A stretch of 64,000 bases of DNA from Lama guanicoe (taxonomy: Eukaryota), in NCBI GenBank assembly GCA_013239625.1, contig MU054323.1, positions 14,884,029 to 14,948,028 of the forward strand. The letters run 5' to 3'. The notes below the pieces were generated by a model. The model made no database searches. It worked only from the letters and a program-made list of their open reading frames with translations, and had not been told where the DNA came from. A program made the position numbers and the translations under genes. Below, piece after piece: positions 1 through 13,245 of the stretch. How positions within the stretch are numbered: the first letter of the stretch is position 1; every line of letters starts with the position of its first letter.

Positions 1-1035
1 AGAATCTGCTTTGAGTCTGATGATAGGAGATAATTCTACAGCCCTGGAATTTCTAATAAAAATAGTGATGATAGTATCCCAAATGTAATAGAGGGAGAAA
101 TTATGGCACTTTATAATCAAAAGCAAGGGAGATAAAATCATTTTAATGGGTGGGCAAAGCAAAAATGGCCGCCAGTTTATCTGACTTGAAAGTGATTATG
201 GAGACGGTTAATAGAAATTGAACATTCTAGGAGCAAAATAGATGCACAGCTAGCAAAGGTATTGTTGATTAATCTGTACCAGTATTTCTCAACCAAGGGA
301 AATTCTGACACCTCCATCTCCATGAGGGGACACTCGGCAATTGTCTGGAAACATTTTTGGCTGTCACAGCTTAGGAGGTGCTCTCACATCTAGTAGACAG
401 AGGGCAGCGGATGCTGCTAAATATCCTGCAATGCACTAACAACTCCACACTCAAAGAATTATCTGGCTCAGAATGGCAATAGTGCTGAGACTGAGAAAAC
501 ACGGTTTACACAAAAAGTAAGTCAAGGATAGAACATCAGGAAGCTGAGGGAAGATACTGTCAAAAATGTCTCATCCCAGACCTGAGCCAGTTTTCAGGTT
601 TGGAACATATTAACTAAAGAAAGAATCCTGTAACACCACAGCAGGTATATATGGAAATGACTGTCCCAGTCCTTCCCAATGAGACTCCTGGCTATTTACT
701 GGTGTTACAACACAGTCGGTAAAGTAGAATACTCAGGTATTTCAAGACTGTGAGACACAGATAGCATTAATTCTTAAGAACCAAAAGATTTTTCATGCTC
801 CCTCCCTTAATGTGATGCATATAAGTTTTAGGTTGTAAATGGAGTTTTGGTTTTTGTTTAACTGACAGTGGATCTACTGGATCCATGGAGCCATCTAGTA
901 ATCCTTCATCTGTTCTCAAATATGTACTGTAGCAGACATACTTGATAGTTGTCAGAAATATATTGGTTCTTTGACCTAATGGGGTAAGGGCTATCATATT
1001 GGTGAAGGTCAAAGGAAAGCTCCTGAAACAGCCTA
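1..1035 (+). mobile_element. ERVL-type endogenous retrovirus internal fragment (gag/protease region), interrupted by MER20
   Basis: Resembles the recalled ERVL-int consensus: ccagacctgagccagttt, aatggagttttgg...acagtggatctactggatcc, ggggtaagggctatcatattggtgaaggtcaaaggaaagc. Confidence 0.7.
281..502 (+). mobile_element. MER20 (hAT-Charlie DNA transposon)
   Basis: cagtatttctcaacc...ggatgctgctaaatatcctgcaatgcac...aaagaattatctggctcagaatggcaatagtgctgagactgagaaa follows the MER20 consensus along its whole length. Confidence 0.85.
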
Positions 1036-1039
1036 CAGT

Positions 1040-2530
1040 ACAATAAAAAAAAGTCTATGATGAGGCATATCATAGTGGAACTGTTGAAAGATAATGATAA
1101 AGAGTAAGTCCTGAAAGCAACAAGAGAAGAACAATATATTACCTATAGGGGAACAAAAACATCAACTATTGTTGGCTTTGTATCAGAAATCACAGAGCAG
1201 AAAAGAGAGTACAACAACTTCTTTAAAGTGCTAGGAAAAAGTGTATCCCAAAAAATATTATTTTGAATTAAAGGCAAACAGAAGACATACCCAGATAAAA
1301 GAATATTGCAGAACAATCTGTCACCAGCAGACCTGCTGTAGAAGAAGTGCAAATGAGATGTCTTTAATCTAAAGAGAAATAATATCAGAAGAAAACACAG
1401 ATTCTCATAGAATGAAGAACAGTGGAAATAGTGAATAACTGTGTTAATGCAAAAGACTATGTATCTCTCTATAATCTTCCTATTAATTTCTTTATAAAGT
1501 CTATGCATTCAAAACAGAAACCATAACATTGTTTTGTTGGGTTAATAATTAATGTAGTTTTTTTACACACAACAACTATAATATAAAGAAATGGAGTACA
1601 TGAACCTGTAAGTTTGAAATATTTATATAATTTACATGAAGTAAATTATATACATGAAGTTCATCATCATTAAACCTAAATAGACTGTGGAAAGATGTAT
1701 AGAAATATGACATCTTTAAGTGAGCCATAAGAAAAGGCAAAGAAGTATAGTAAAAGGAAAACTAAAATAGGGTTCTTAAAAATATTTTAATAATTTTACA
1801 AAAGCTTGGAAATAAAGAACAGAAACAAGAGGTAAGAAGAAGAAATAACATGGCAGACTCAAATAAAATCATATCAATAATATTGTTAAAAGTTAATAAA
1901 CTAAATTAATGTAATTTAAAGCAAATTTTGAACACAAGTTTTTTTTTTTAAAGCAAAAGAGCAGCCCCAAAATTGAATATTTTGTGGACAATAAATGACA
2001 CACTTAAATCATAAAGATACTAGCAGGCTAAAAGTAAGTGGATGTAAAAACAAGGTTCATGCAAGCAGTAAGAAGGCTGAGGTGAATATCTGAATATTAG
2101 ATAACATAGGTTTCAAAACAAATATATGACAACAGGTAGACAGTTGATAATAATAAAACTACCAGTTTATCAGAGAGACATCAAAATGTATACATCTGAA
2201 TATTAGAGTTTTAATATGCAGAAAATATACAGAATATAATATACAGAAAGAAAAAAATGAAAAAGGGAGCAATATAAAATTCTGAAATCATCACCTCATA
2301 GAGCTTATTGATATTTACAGAACGTAACACCCAAGAAAAGTAGCATACATAATACTTTTCAAGTGGACATATATCCAGATTTGTACAGATCTTTTACAAA
2401 AGAACTTATATTAATGATTAAGCACATTAAAAATAGTCAACATCATTAGGCTTAAAGAAACTTAAATTAAAACCATGATGAACTACCATTACAAACTTAC
2501 TAGAATGGCTAAAATTGGAGAAAAATGGCT
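1040..2530 (+). mobile_element. Old L1 fragments (ORF1 3' part, ORF2 pieces)
   Basis: A-rich with L1 motifs: ctttaaagtgctaggaaaa, ccagcagacctgct, aaattaaaaccatgatgaactaccatt...ctagaatggctaaaatt. Confidence 0.75.
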
Positions 2531-2544
2531 AATAAAGGAGAAAA

Positions 2545-3155
2545 AAGGCCAGCCATGCTTCATGGGTAAGTTGGCTTGGTACATGTGTGCAAGCCAGGAA
2601 TGAAGGGTGATGGCTACAGTCCCAAACATAACTGAACTTGAGAGACAACACTGAAGGATATCTTCACAATGCAGTATCTTGTGTGAAGATAAAGGTGGCT
2701 TGAGGCAGTGGTGAATAGCTTGGCCAGCTGGTTAGAATTATGGAAAGAGAAAGATAAGAAGACTGGGTCCAATTATTCTGGAGAAAATGTATGCTGCTGT
2801 ACTTATGGGAATGGGCACAAAGTATGAAGATATGTGTAACACATATATATCCCACCAGAATGATCCACAATGGAAGACATTAAATAACCAAGTAGCAAAT
2901 TGACTTGGTCAGTGTTCATCAGCCAGCTCTGTCAGTGTTCACCACTGTGCTTACATAATGGTCTAACAGAATAGCCATGGATTCAGAGTTGGAGGCAGTG
3001 CATGAGTCCAGCAGCATGGATTCCCAGTGACCAAGGCTGATTTATTTTCTTCCACTGGCAATATCTAACCTCCCAGCAACAGTGACCAATGCAATGTCCT
3101 CAGTGTAGCACAGTATCTTGAGAAATTCAGTCAGATATTGCAGGGTCAGCTGATT
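2545..3155 (+). mobile_element. ERVL internal pol fragment (RNase H to integrase start)
   Basis: gcagtggtgaatagcttggccagctggtta, gaatgggcacaaagtatgaagatat and cagcagcatggattcccagtgaccaaggctga resemble ERVL pol. Confidence 0.7.
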
Positions 3156-4085
3156 AGACTGGCAAATTTCTCAGCAGAAAACTCACAAATGGGATGATAT
3201 AATAAAAGCACATGCATGGACGTACACACACACACCCCTGCCAACCAAGAATGCCATACCTGGCAAAGCTGTCTGTCAGAAATGAAGGAAAGAGAGACTT
3301 TCCCAGACCTACCTTACAAGAAATGTTAAGTGAGGTTCTTCTAGTTGAAATGAAAGGATGTTAAATAGCAACATGAAAACATATGAAACCTAAAACTCAC
3401 TGTAAAGGCATTATATAGGCAGACTCGGTATACTAAGATATTGTAATAATGGTGCATACATAACTATGAATAAAATGCTGAAAAATAAAACATGAAATCA
3501 CAATATGAGAAAGCAAGATGTGATTATCCATTTGACTGGGAAGATGAAAAAAATGACATTAAACTTTAAAAGTTAAACCTAATTTGACCCAATGAATAGA
3601 TTCAAACATTAGATTAATACAGCTAAAGAGAGAATTACTGAACTGAAACTTAGCACTAAAGAAATTAACAAAAATGTAGCACATATATAAAAACAGCCAG
3701 AATATGAAAACAGGGCTTAAGTGATGTGAAGTAAAGAGTAAGAAGATCTAAAGATACCTAATCACAGTCCAAGAAAGAGAACAGAGTGATTAGAGGAGCA
3801 GCAATATTAGAAGATACAGTGGTTGAGAATTTTTCAAAATCACTGACGCACTTGAATCTATAAATACGTAAATCATATTATATTCTATGCAGAATACATT
3901 AGGCATCCACATCCAATCACATTCTAGCAAAAGTACAGAAAACCACTAGCTAAGAAGATTAAATCAGCCCGATGAGACGAAAGATCAGTTATGAAGGAAC
4001 GACAAGTAAACTGGCAGAAGTGTTGAGGGAAAATAACTCATCCTGGAATTGCATCTTCAGTATAACTATCTTTTAAGCATAAATA
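3156..4085 (+). mobile_element. Old L1 ORF1 fragments
   Basis: ggcaaatttctcagcagaaa, ctgccaaccaagaatgccatacctggcaaagctgtc, cagctaaagagagaattactgaact. Confidence 0.7.
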
Positions 4086-4170
4086 AATGTACTGTATGGA
4101 TCCAACTGAGGAATTTCTTTTTTAATTTAGTCAAGATACATATCTTGGGAGTGCACCATGTCCTTCTTAC

Positions 4171-4293
4171 CCAAAAATTGAGAACACAGATTTTGTTACA
4201 ATACATTTAGTCTTTTGATATCTGTGCCTTCTGCTATGCTGTTTAAATTCACACAGTTATTTTTATCTCAAGAGGTACCACACCAGGATGTTG
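4171..4293 (-). pseudogene. Pseudo-exon, 123 nt, phase 1->1
   Basis: tacag| ... TTG G|gtaag; reads TSWCGTS*DKNNCVNLNSIAEGTDIKRLNVL*QNLCSQFL; phase matches the 6088 exon donor. Confidence 0.6.
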
Positions 4294-5585
4294 CTGTACT
4301 AAGAATTTTGTCTTTGGGACAAGGTATGGGCACAGTTTTTTCTCTACACTTAGCTCTCCTAAAACCACTCTCAAGTGTGCCCTTCTTTACCTAGTCATAG
4401 AAATAACCTCCCATCATCTTTGTTCTAATTAGACACATACTAAGCAAACTATCAGCATGTTCTCAACTCTCACTTTTTTATAAGCAAGTGGTAAACTCCT
4501 TTCATAGTCAAGTCCTAATTATCTTCCTCATTCTTTCTCTCCTCAGTGCCTAGCATTTAGCAGATAAATGTTTAAATAATAGGTTGTTGATTTTTTTTAA
4601 TGTAAGGAATTATAGAAAATTTCTGACTTTTTGTTTTTGTTTTGTGTAGACTGCCTAAAATGGCTCATTAAATTGAAAGGCAGCCTTGTGATATATTGAA
4701 ATTTATAGATTCTAATTACTTAACACACTATTTTCCATGGCAAATATTTTCATAATTAGACCTCAGAAACAAAATTTAAATTAAAATAAAAAGAGTGAAA
4801 TCATTTGGGTCTAAATTAAATAAGCATACTCACATATTCCTCAAAATACAATCTTTGTCAATACATGCTCTGCAATGGTTTATTATATAAAGAAGCCCAT
4901 GTGTAAATTGATGGCAGTTTTCCCAGAAGAAATCAGATAAGCTAATTTAACTTTTTGGCAATATTCTTCTATTTTCTCATTTAGGTACATCATTATATTA
5001 GTCATGGGAAAACAATGAGCTGTACCAAATTGAAAAAAAATGCAAGTTCCCCTGTGAGCATTAAATGTGGTAAACACTTAATTGTAAACCATAAAGAAAT
5101 TATCAGCCTTTCAGATGCTTTTTGAAATGGCCTTTTCATATGCTTTTTAGAATGGCTGTCACAAATAGCTTAGACAGATAAATGATAGATAAATAGAAAG
5201 TTATATAGATATTCTAATGTCCAGGGACTACTCAGCAACATAGGAGTTGATACGTAAACTGGAGTGACAAAAGTTCTTGCTACAGGTAACTCAGAGAATT
5301 CCCTCCATGAAATTTGAGTATTGATGCTTTAAGATGGTAAAGTAATAGCATAAAAATACAATAATGCTATATTCCACAGACTACCCACAAAGTTCACCTT
5401 AAGGAATCTATGCAATCTGCACTTTTGATCACTGCTACCCATGGGTGTCTATTAAACTAAGTAAGCCTAACACTACATTAGTCAAAGTCCACAAATGTGC
5501 CTTGGGACAAAATAATAAAACCCAACCCCCAATTTTTTCCAATGGAATCTTCTACATTTTGTGATGTCTTCATTAAATCAAAATT

Positions 5586-5725
5586 CCATTGACTCACTTA
5601 TTTACTTATTCCTCAAACATTTACTCTCTACTGATTATGTTCTAGAACTGCAGTAAGTTCTGAAGACATAGAAATGAATGGTACTTGCCCTCATCTGTTC
5701 ATACTCTACTAGGAAAATCAGAAAG
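5586..5725 (-). mobile_element. L2 3' end
   Basis: cattgactcacttatttacttattcctcaaacatttact...gtacttgccctc is a reverse-oriented L2 tail. Confidence 0.55.
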
Positions 5726-6087
5726 GTAACAAGATCAGACTGAAGTTTTACTATAATGAATTTTAAATTATGGTAAGCCATTTGTTGGTTGTTTAGTTTT
5801 TCAATTTTCTGACCCCAGGCACACATATTTTTGTCCTTAGCTTTTACATTCAGGGATGGAAACAATGAGCAAATCTAATATATTTATCGTATTCAAATAA
5901 AGATTTTTCTAAAAGTTCTTGTGCTAATTCAGCGAAGTAATTTTAAAATTTAGCTAGTCTGAATGCCATGTATGAATAAATCATCAACTTACAACATTTC
6001 ATGTTCTAATGACTAAAGGCCGTTCATGGTCTCAGTATCTTTTGCAATGGAAACACCAAACCAGATAATTAGAAGTCTATGCTAAAC

Positions 6088-6263
6088 CTGGCCAGTTCAG
6101 TGCCTCCTCAGGGTTGTACTACCCTAACTGACCAAGAATGAACGCATTACATAGTGCTTCTTTGCTCCACTTCATATAGGGCACAACTGACCCATTTCTG
6201 CCATCATATAAACAAGGTATTATTAACCTTCTTCAAGCAGCCAGCACTACTGTGCTGCAGCTG
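6088..6263 (-). pseudogene. Pseudo-exon
   Basis: tttttccctgtgtgtaaag| ... CCA G|gtttag; reads SCSTVVLAA*RRLIIPCLYDGRNGSVVPYMKWSKEALCNAFILGQLG*YNPEEALNWP. The acceptor phase does not cleanly match the 8055 exon. Confidence 0.6.
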
Positions 6264-8054
6264 CTTTACACACAGGGAAAAACAGGAAGAGATCTTGAAT
6301 TTAAAGAAAATCATCAGATGAACTTATAAATAAAACTTCTCTGAAGAAGAGGGCATGGCACAACCACAGCCTGACAGGTTAAATAAAGTAGATAAGGCTT
6401 ATAAGAAGAGAAATTTGAAATTGAATTTAAAAAGGTAAAGAACAAATCTTGTCTATATAGACAGAGTCAACTACGAGTCCTTCATGGGAACCCTTTTACT
6501 GTGTGATATTACAACAGCTAATTTTTTTATGTGAGTTTTCATTAGGAAGGTATGTTGCAAACTTTTAAAGAAGATTACCAGTTTTGCCAGTTGCCACTTT
6601 TGAGTCACTAAAGAATGACTGTTGGCTCTAATTATTCTTCAATATTAACAAGAAGCACTAAGGTAAATGTGTGTACTTAAAGGGTTTCTAGATCATAAGG
6701 AAGCATTAATATTGACACAATATTTGTCAATGCATAATTGACCCCGATCTCCAAATGACAGATGGGTTTTTAGGTGAACAGGTGTCTGCTGCTACTGAAA
6801 GTATTTTCATTTGATGATTATAAAGATACTGACATCAACAGAAAAAAACTCCTGTTTGCTTTAACCCTGTATCTAGGTTTTTTCCCTTCGGTGATTCATA
6901 GCAAGAAATTGATTAGAATACGGTAAAAATCTAATATCTTTTCTCTCTTTTGCCTTGTCTCACCATGCTGGCAAATATTTATCCAATTTACTTGATTTCT
7001 TTAGGACAATGCAAACACTTTGTTTTCTTCCCTTTTTCTATCATCCTGATTTAATTTCACAGGTTGTATAACATCATGAAGGTCAGGAAAACCACTTCTA
7101 TTTCTGCTACCTGCTGCTGAGAAACCAGAGAAAATCAATTATATCTCTTTGTTTTAAAGGGCAGCGAATGGTAATTGAGGAAAAAAAAATCCCATTTTCC
7201 GCTTATTATTGTGTTATCGATCCACATTTGAAGTGGCAGGAATTAAGAAATAGCATCCTACACTCATTCACAAGGAATGTGACACCTTATCTCTCTCCTC
7301 ATGTGGCTCCAGTTCAAGAGCAGATCAAGGAGTGACGTACCATTGAGACAGAATGTGGGAATATCAATCACAGTTCTTGATATTTAGATGTCACTTTACA
7401 GTTTTAGACTCACTTCCATTCATGCCATTTAACTTCAACTTTGATAATCATGTCACACAGCAAAGATAATATTAGTATCTGGTGTTCCAACTACTACCAA
7501 AATCTACCTAAAGAATAGCAATTTTGAATAGATTACAAAATCCATTTAGAGTTACCATGTCTCTTCAAACAGAATAAATCTAGTTAGAGTGAATATCAGA
7601 GGAGAAATGCTGAAATGAGATTTAATTATGCAACTTAGGTGGTTATAGTTTTATATCTGCTAAGTTTAAAGGAAGTACGTACTTTCAGTTAAATTTAAAT
7701 TTATCAAGTATTTGCTTAATACCTACTAGGTACACTGTGCTATATTATATACTCCAGGATGTCCAAAAAGCAGATAGTGGATTTCTTACCAACAAGGAGA
7801 TTATAATGTCCCCAATGATACAAGATATATTGCACATAAATTAGAGAAACAATGAGAATAAGTGAAATCCCAAGGTGAATGTACAAACATTAAGAATGAA
7901 ACATAAATATCTTGAAGTAGTACTTAACATTTGGACTTGACCTAGAACATTTGATAAGATTGAGGAAAAGCAGAAAAGTACACTATTCATTGTCTACTAT
8001 GTTAGGCGAATAAGATACAGGTCCCTTGAGTTCATAATGGAATTAGGAACTCAC

Positions 8055-8269
8055 AGTCATTTTCAACACGCCAATAGGAGCCCCAATAGGAGATAACTGG
8101 AAAGCATATAACCTATCTTTGGCTACATTAAGATATCTGAAGCAACTGAAGTTCTCTGAATATTCAGAATAATTAACTTGGTCATTATCTCCACATGGAC
8201 TTTTCTCATTTATTGATAAGCAATGAAAAGAATCTGTTGAACATCTTATCTTTTGTGTATATTTAATGG
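8055..8269 (-). pseudogene. Pseudo-exon with fully open frame, 215 nt, phase 1->0
   Basis: ttttccttatag| ... ACT|gtgagt; 71 open codons IKYTQKIRCSTDSFHCLSINEKSPCGDNDQVNYSEYSENFSCFRYLNVAKDRLYAFQLSPIGAPIGVLKMT. Confidence 0.7.
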
Positions 8270-8477
8270 CTATAAGGAAAACCCATGGAAACTAATGCCA
8301 AGAAGATTAAACTGTTTCTCTGTATGGTAAAATCTTATTTTCCAATCTTACATGATCAACTATATTGATTTCTAATAGCCTTTATTCAAAAAGCATTTCA
8401 TTATTTATTCATCATTCAGTGGTGAAGACAAGTAAGAATATATTACTAAAAATATGCATACATAGCTTCAATCATAC

Positions 8478-9017
8478 CATCTCATGACTTTTTTAATACT
8501 GCATTTTATTCCTCAGGCTGATTTCAGAATTTAAGTGATTTCAAATACGCTTGAGTGTATAGCCTTGTGAAGTTAGAAATCAAGCACATGTTTCAGTGGA
8601 GAAGTCCACTGGGCAAAGGCTGACAGAGAAAATTCGAGTGGTCAGTGCCAGTAAACCCATCAGCATAGCAATAGTTTGAAATATTTATGATAGGACAGAC
8701 AAAATTATATTAAACTATTTGATTTGCTTTCCTTGAAGCAAAGTGATAAAAGTCAACATTTTTTTTACATCTGTGATGTAATGTTATTTGGGGAGCTATT
8801 TGTAAAGTAGCCATAAACATTTTTTCATTACTTTGCTGGCATAGTTCAAAAATTACATGAAATTTTCCAACTTTAAAGGGACTTCCTTCTAGTTATTTCA
8901 CTAGTTTTCCATTTTGTGCATAGAAATCTTAACGAAATATTTAATTGGGTGAAGGAAATTTGGGTTCATATAAGGTTTATATTGAGTTAATTCAGGACTT
9001 GCTTTAATAATTTATTT
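8478..9017 (-). pseudogene. Large pseudo-exon (5' boundary uncertain)
   Basis: Donor GAT G|gtatga, phase 1, matching the 8269 acceptor. Long frame PFKVGKFHVIFELCQQSNEKMFMATLQIAPQITLHHRCKKNVDFYHFASRKANQIV*YNFVCPIINISNYCYADGFTGTDHSNFLCQPLPSGLLH*NMCLISNFTRLYTQAYLKSLKF*. Confidence 0.6.
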
Positions 9018-9284
9018 CTAACATATTCCTCCACATTTTAGATTTATACATTGCCCCAAAACAATGTGGACAAGGTAGGTTTGCTTTTTATTCTAAAAGG
9101 AAGTCAGAGAGTGTAGTCTGGTGACCAAATACTGTACCTCAATTCTTCTAGTCTGGGCTTTAGAAGTATATATCTCATTGATTAATTTATATTTCTACTT
9201 GGTATCCTCTCTAAAAGAGAACTCAGATGATTTTACGCTGCTGTAAGCCTACTACAGCCTGTCTCTTCCACTCACTATAATTAA

Positions 9285-11600
9285 TATGCCAATCAGAATA
9301 CAAAAAACAACCCTACAGGGACACTGAAAAGCAAACAATAACACAGCCGACTAAGGAGAGAAGTCAACACTTGGAGAATGGTCTGTGCTGAAATAAGATT
9401 TATTCTTCTTCATTTACATCTTTGCTTTAACCCAAGGGCATCCTAGTTGCAAAATGCAAAGAGGAATAACTGGAAGAAACACTCCGCTTCTGACTAAGTG
9501 ATCAGGAAAATGGGACCCTGTAGCTGGAAACTGTGAGAAAATTTCTCATTTTTTTTTCCTCTCTTTGTTCTATTCCAATCCTATCCTAACTACAGACTTG
9601 GTCACAGAGCTGCACTGAAGCAGCAGCAGAACTTAAAACTCCAAGAGAAAACCGATCTGCCTGGACAGAAAGACCTGGGAAGTGCGCTGCTGAAGTCCAA
9701 AGAATGTGGAAGGAACTTCTTTTTCTCTCTGAGTCCCTGCTTGCCCCAGGGTGACCCTAATTACACAGAACAACATTACATACAAAGGGGTAAATTATAA
9801 GAATGTGCTTCTGATCATTGCTGGGAAAAGGGACTCACTGCTAGGTTCTAGACAGTTTGGCAGAAATCTCAAGGAGAATATAATTGAAGAAAGAGAATCT
9901 CTTAAGTCTGTGAAATAACTGGCAAAAGCTCTGGCTCACCCACTATCTGCAAATATGTGGATTAAACACAAAGAAGCATAGCAAAGGCTTTGAGATCTGA
10001 ACTACTATATAAACCACCAGGCCTCAGGCTACTCCTGAGTGTTGCATGCATGGGACAGACTTAAAGAACATGGAAAAATGTGAAAATGAAACTGACACTG
10101 GAACAGAAGGTGACACAGAACTTGCAGTTTGGTTGGTTGCCAACTAAAACGCAAAACTAAACAACATTTTTTAGCTGATATTAATAGAATCCAGAGCCAT
10201 ATAATATTAAAAATTCCCAAGAAATAACTCGTGATACAAAGAACCAAGAAAATCTAACCAATTGTCATGGGAAATGCGTTGAAATTATCAGACTTTGAAG
10301 CAGCTAACAGACTATGCTCCATGAGGCAAAGGTAAATACTCTTGAAATTAATGGAAGTTCTCAGCAGAAAAGTAAACAAAATATATATATAAAAGATGCA
10401 GATAGAAATTTAAAACTAAAAATACACTAACTAAAATTAAAAATTGAGTAAATGAACTAAATAAGTTTGTAAATTACTTTGTGGTGCTCTGTGACTCTGA
10501 GCAGCAGCAGCCAGTGCTTTCAGATGACAGAGAATTTGTAACCTTGAAAATAGAGTAAAAAGAATTATCCAACCTGAAGAACATAAAGAGAAAAAACTAA
10601 AACATAAAAGAACAGAAGACCTGTGGGACAATATCATAAGATCTAACATCTATGTCATTAGAGTCTCAAGGGAGAGGAGAAAGTGGTTAAAAAAAAAAAA
10701 AGAATTAATGACTGAAAATTTTCCAAATTTAGTGAAGTATATAAATCTATAGATTCAAGAAGGTCAATAAACCACCCAACAACAGGATACACTCATAAAA
10801 CCATGCCCAGACACATCATAACCAAACAGCTAAAAACTACATGTATAGTTACGTCACAGGCCAGAAAACAGTAGAACAACATTGTTAAAGTGCTGCAGGA
10901 AAAGAATTCTACACTCAATTCTGTACTTAATAAACATATCTTCAGGAATAACAGAAGAGTAAAGACAATCTCAGATGAAAAAAACTAAGAGAATTTGTTG
11001 TGAGATGACCTGCTCTGTAAGGAAATTCTTCAGGTTTATGGAAAAGGATTAAACAAAAAAGGCATCTTGGAATTCCAGGAGTAAGATAAGATGGCAAATA
11101 TCTGGTTAAACACATTAACATTTCTCTTCTAAATTATTTAAAGTATGTATGAATATTAAAAGATATATATATAAGGTAATATATACTACATATACTGCAA
11201 TAAGATGTTATTATACTAAGATATATATTAAATAATACATAACATGTACTATTATATAACATAATATCTAATAAAGATATTAAATATAATTACAGATATA
11301 TACATATATAATGGTCTGATGGGACTTTCAATGTATATAAATGTAATATATATAGCAACTATACCATATAAAAAAGAGGGTAAAAGGATCTATATGGTTG
11401 GAAGCCTCCCTTATCTTACTTGGAGAGGTAACATATTAACTAAGTAGTCTGTAAAAGATAAGTATATTATAATTCCCAGAGCATCCACTAAAAATATGAT
11501 GCAAAAGATCATCCAAGGCTAACAGATAAATGAAAACGGAACACTAAAGAATATTTTAAAAATTTAAAAGAATTCAGGAAAGATGACGTGGAATAATAAA
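9285..11600 (+). mobile_element. Old L1 5' region and ORF1
   Basis: gaagacctgtgggacaatatcataagatctaacatctatgtcattagagtctc, gactgaaaattttccaaattt, cccagacacatcataaccaaac. Confidence 0.8.
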
Positions 11601-11659
11601 ACCCTTCTATGGCTCTCCTTTTTGCTTTTCTTCTTTTCTTTCTTTTTCTCTTTCTTTCT

Positions 11660-12725
11660 TTTTCAGCAAGCATTCCACAGATCCTTATAGGTTCTTGAAG
11701 TCCCAATTTGTCTCCTGCTGATCTCTCCCTGTTTGTGTTATACCACATTCCCTCTGGTTTACTATGTTCAAGCTACATGATATTGGTTCAATTTCTGTAA
11801 AATTACTGACCACTTGCTCTGGTATCTGTGTACACACTGTTAACAGGACCTAGCACATGTTCCCCACCCCCACTCATATATGCCATGCTTTTCACCTGAC
11901 TCCTATTCATTCTTTAGGCTCAACTTTCATTTCTTGTTTCAGAAAGGCTTTCCTAGACCATCTCTTTATCTAAATATTTTACCCCTTTGTATACTTTCAT
12001 GCACTCTGAAATTTTGTGTCATAACGTTTACCACAGCTTTAATTTATAAAAAAAAAAAAAAAGCTCCAGAAATTCCATATTCAAGGAAATTTAACGTGAA
12101 AATCTGATCGGAAGAGAGCGAGAGCAATTATCTTGAAGTTGTTCTTGCACAGTGTTTTCATTAAAATAATTAAGTAATACTTGATAATATTACATGCCTT
12201 TCTCACTAGCCAGACTTCGGCATGTGTCTTCCAGAATAAGTGTAGGGGAGGCAGAAGATGAGGTTAGAACTGTTAGAGGAAGAATGCAAAGAACTAATTT
12301 GTGTATGTCTTCCGACACCTACATGCATGTGGGTGTGAGTGCATCAGGAGAACAAAGAGAAAGGAGAGGTTTTTTCCCAAGCCTGGATGTCTAACAGCAT
12401 ACAATGCCTAACATTGCAAAAATTCTCCTTTTCCTAAGAGGATATGATCTAGATAGAAAACAGTGGCCCAGGTCACCCTCTCCTCTCCAACTTCTAGTGC
12501 CGAGAATTGTGAAAAGCAGCAGCAGGAGTGGGGAGAATAAGGACATCAGAAGCTGAGATACTCATTCTCATTTCCTACTCATTTTCTGTCCCATCTACAA
12601 AAATGTAGGCTCCAAAAGAGGAGGAACTTTTCCTATGCTTAGTTTCTTACTATATCCTCAATACTTAGAACAGAACATATTGTGGGTGTTCAAAAACTAT
12701 TTGTTGAATGAAGTAAATGAATGTA
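11660..12725 (+). mobile_element. L2 3' region split by a ~500-bp insertion (about 12050-12570)
   Basis: ctgactcctattcattctttaggctcaac...cagaaaggctttcctagacc, then the tail gtaggctcc...aaactatttgttgaatgaagtaaatgaatg. Confidence 0.65.
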
Positions 12726-13079
12726 TACCTTTCTTACTGTACGAGGAAAGAGATTTTATCTACCTTAATTCTCCACTTATTCCCAGTGTGTGGCATACTT
12801 TCTGATATTAAACAGACATTAAAGAAATGTTACACGAAGAGAACATATTTTAAATGCAAGTAAAGGAAGTTAGCAACCATCATTATGAATCAAAAAGTAT
12901 TCTTTTTGGGGAGGGGCACATAGTCACTAAAATTTTGAGATCATAAGGACAGGGAATAATTTTAAAGAACTCAAATCTTTCCAACACATATAATGATCAT
13001 TTTTCTCATTCCTGTGCTAATGTCAGAGACAGGAAAAACAGGATGTTTGGATGACTGTCCATACTTTGTTCTACAGAGC

Positions 13080-13245
13080 ACTTATTATGTTTTAGGTCCT
13101 CACAAAAATACTGTGAAAGAATTATTATTACCCCCATTTTCCAGACAGAAAAGCGCTATTCAAAGTGGTTAAGCAGTTTGTCCAAGTCATAAGACAAACA
13201 AGTGGTGGGAGTCTGACTCCAGGTCTCTCTGATGTCATAACCCTT
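13080..13245 (-). mobile_element. MIR
   Basis: cctcacaaaaatactgtga...attattacccccattttccaga...ggttaagcagtttgtccaag is the reverse MIR core. Confidence 0.75.

Noticed and set aside
1143..1508. 121-aa minus-strand ORF and similar ORFs at 15073-15441, 43153-43657 and 55823-56204
   Set aside because: They fall inside L1, L2 or Charlie1 remnants and are transposon-derived or chance ORFs.
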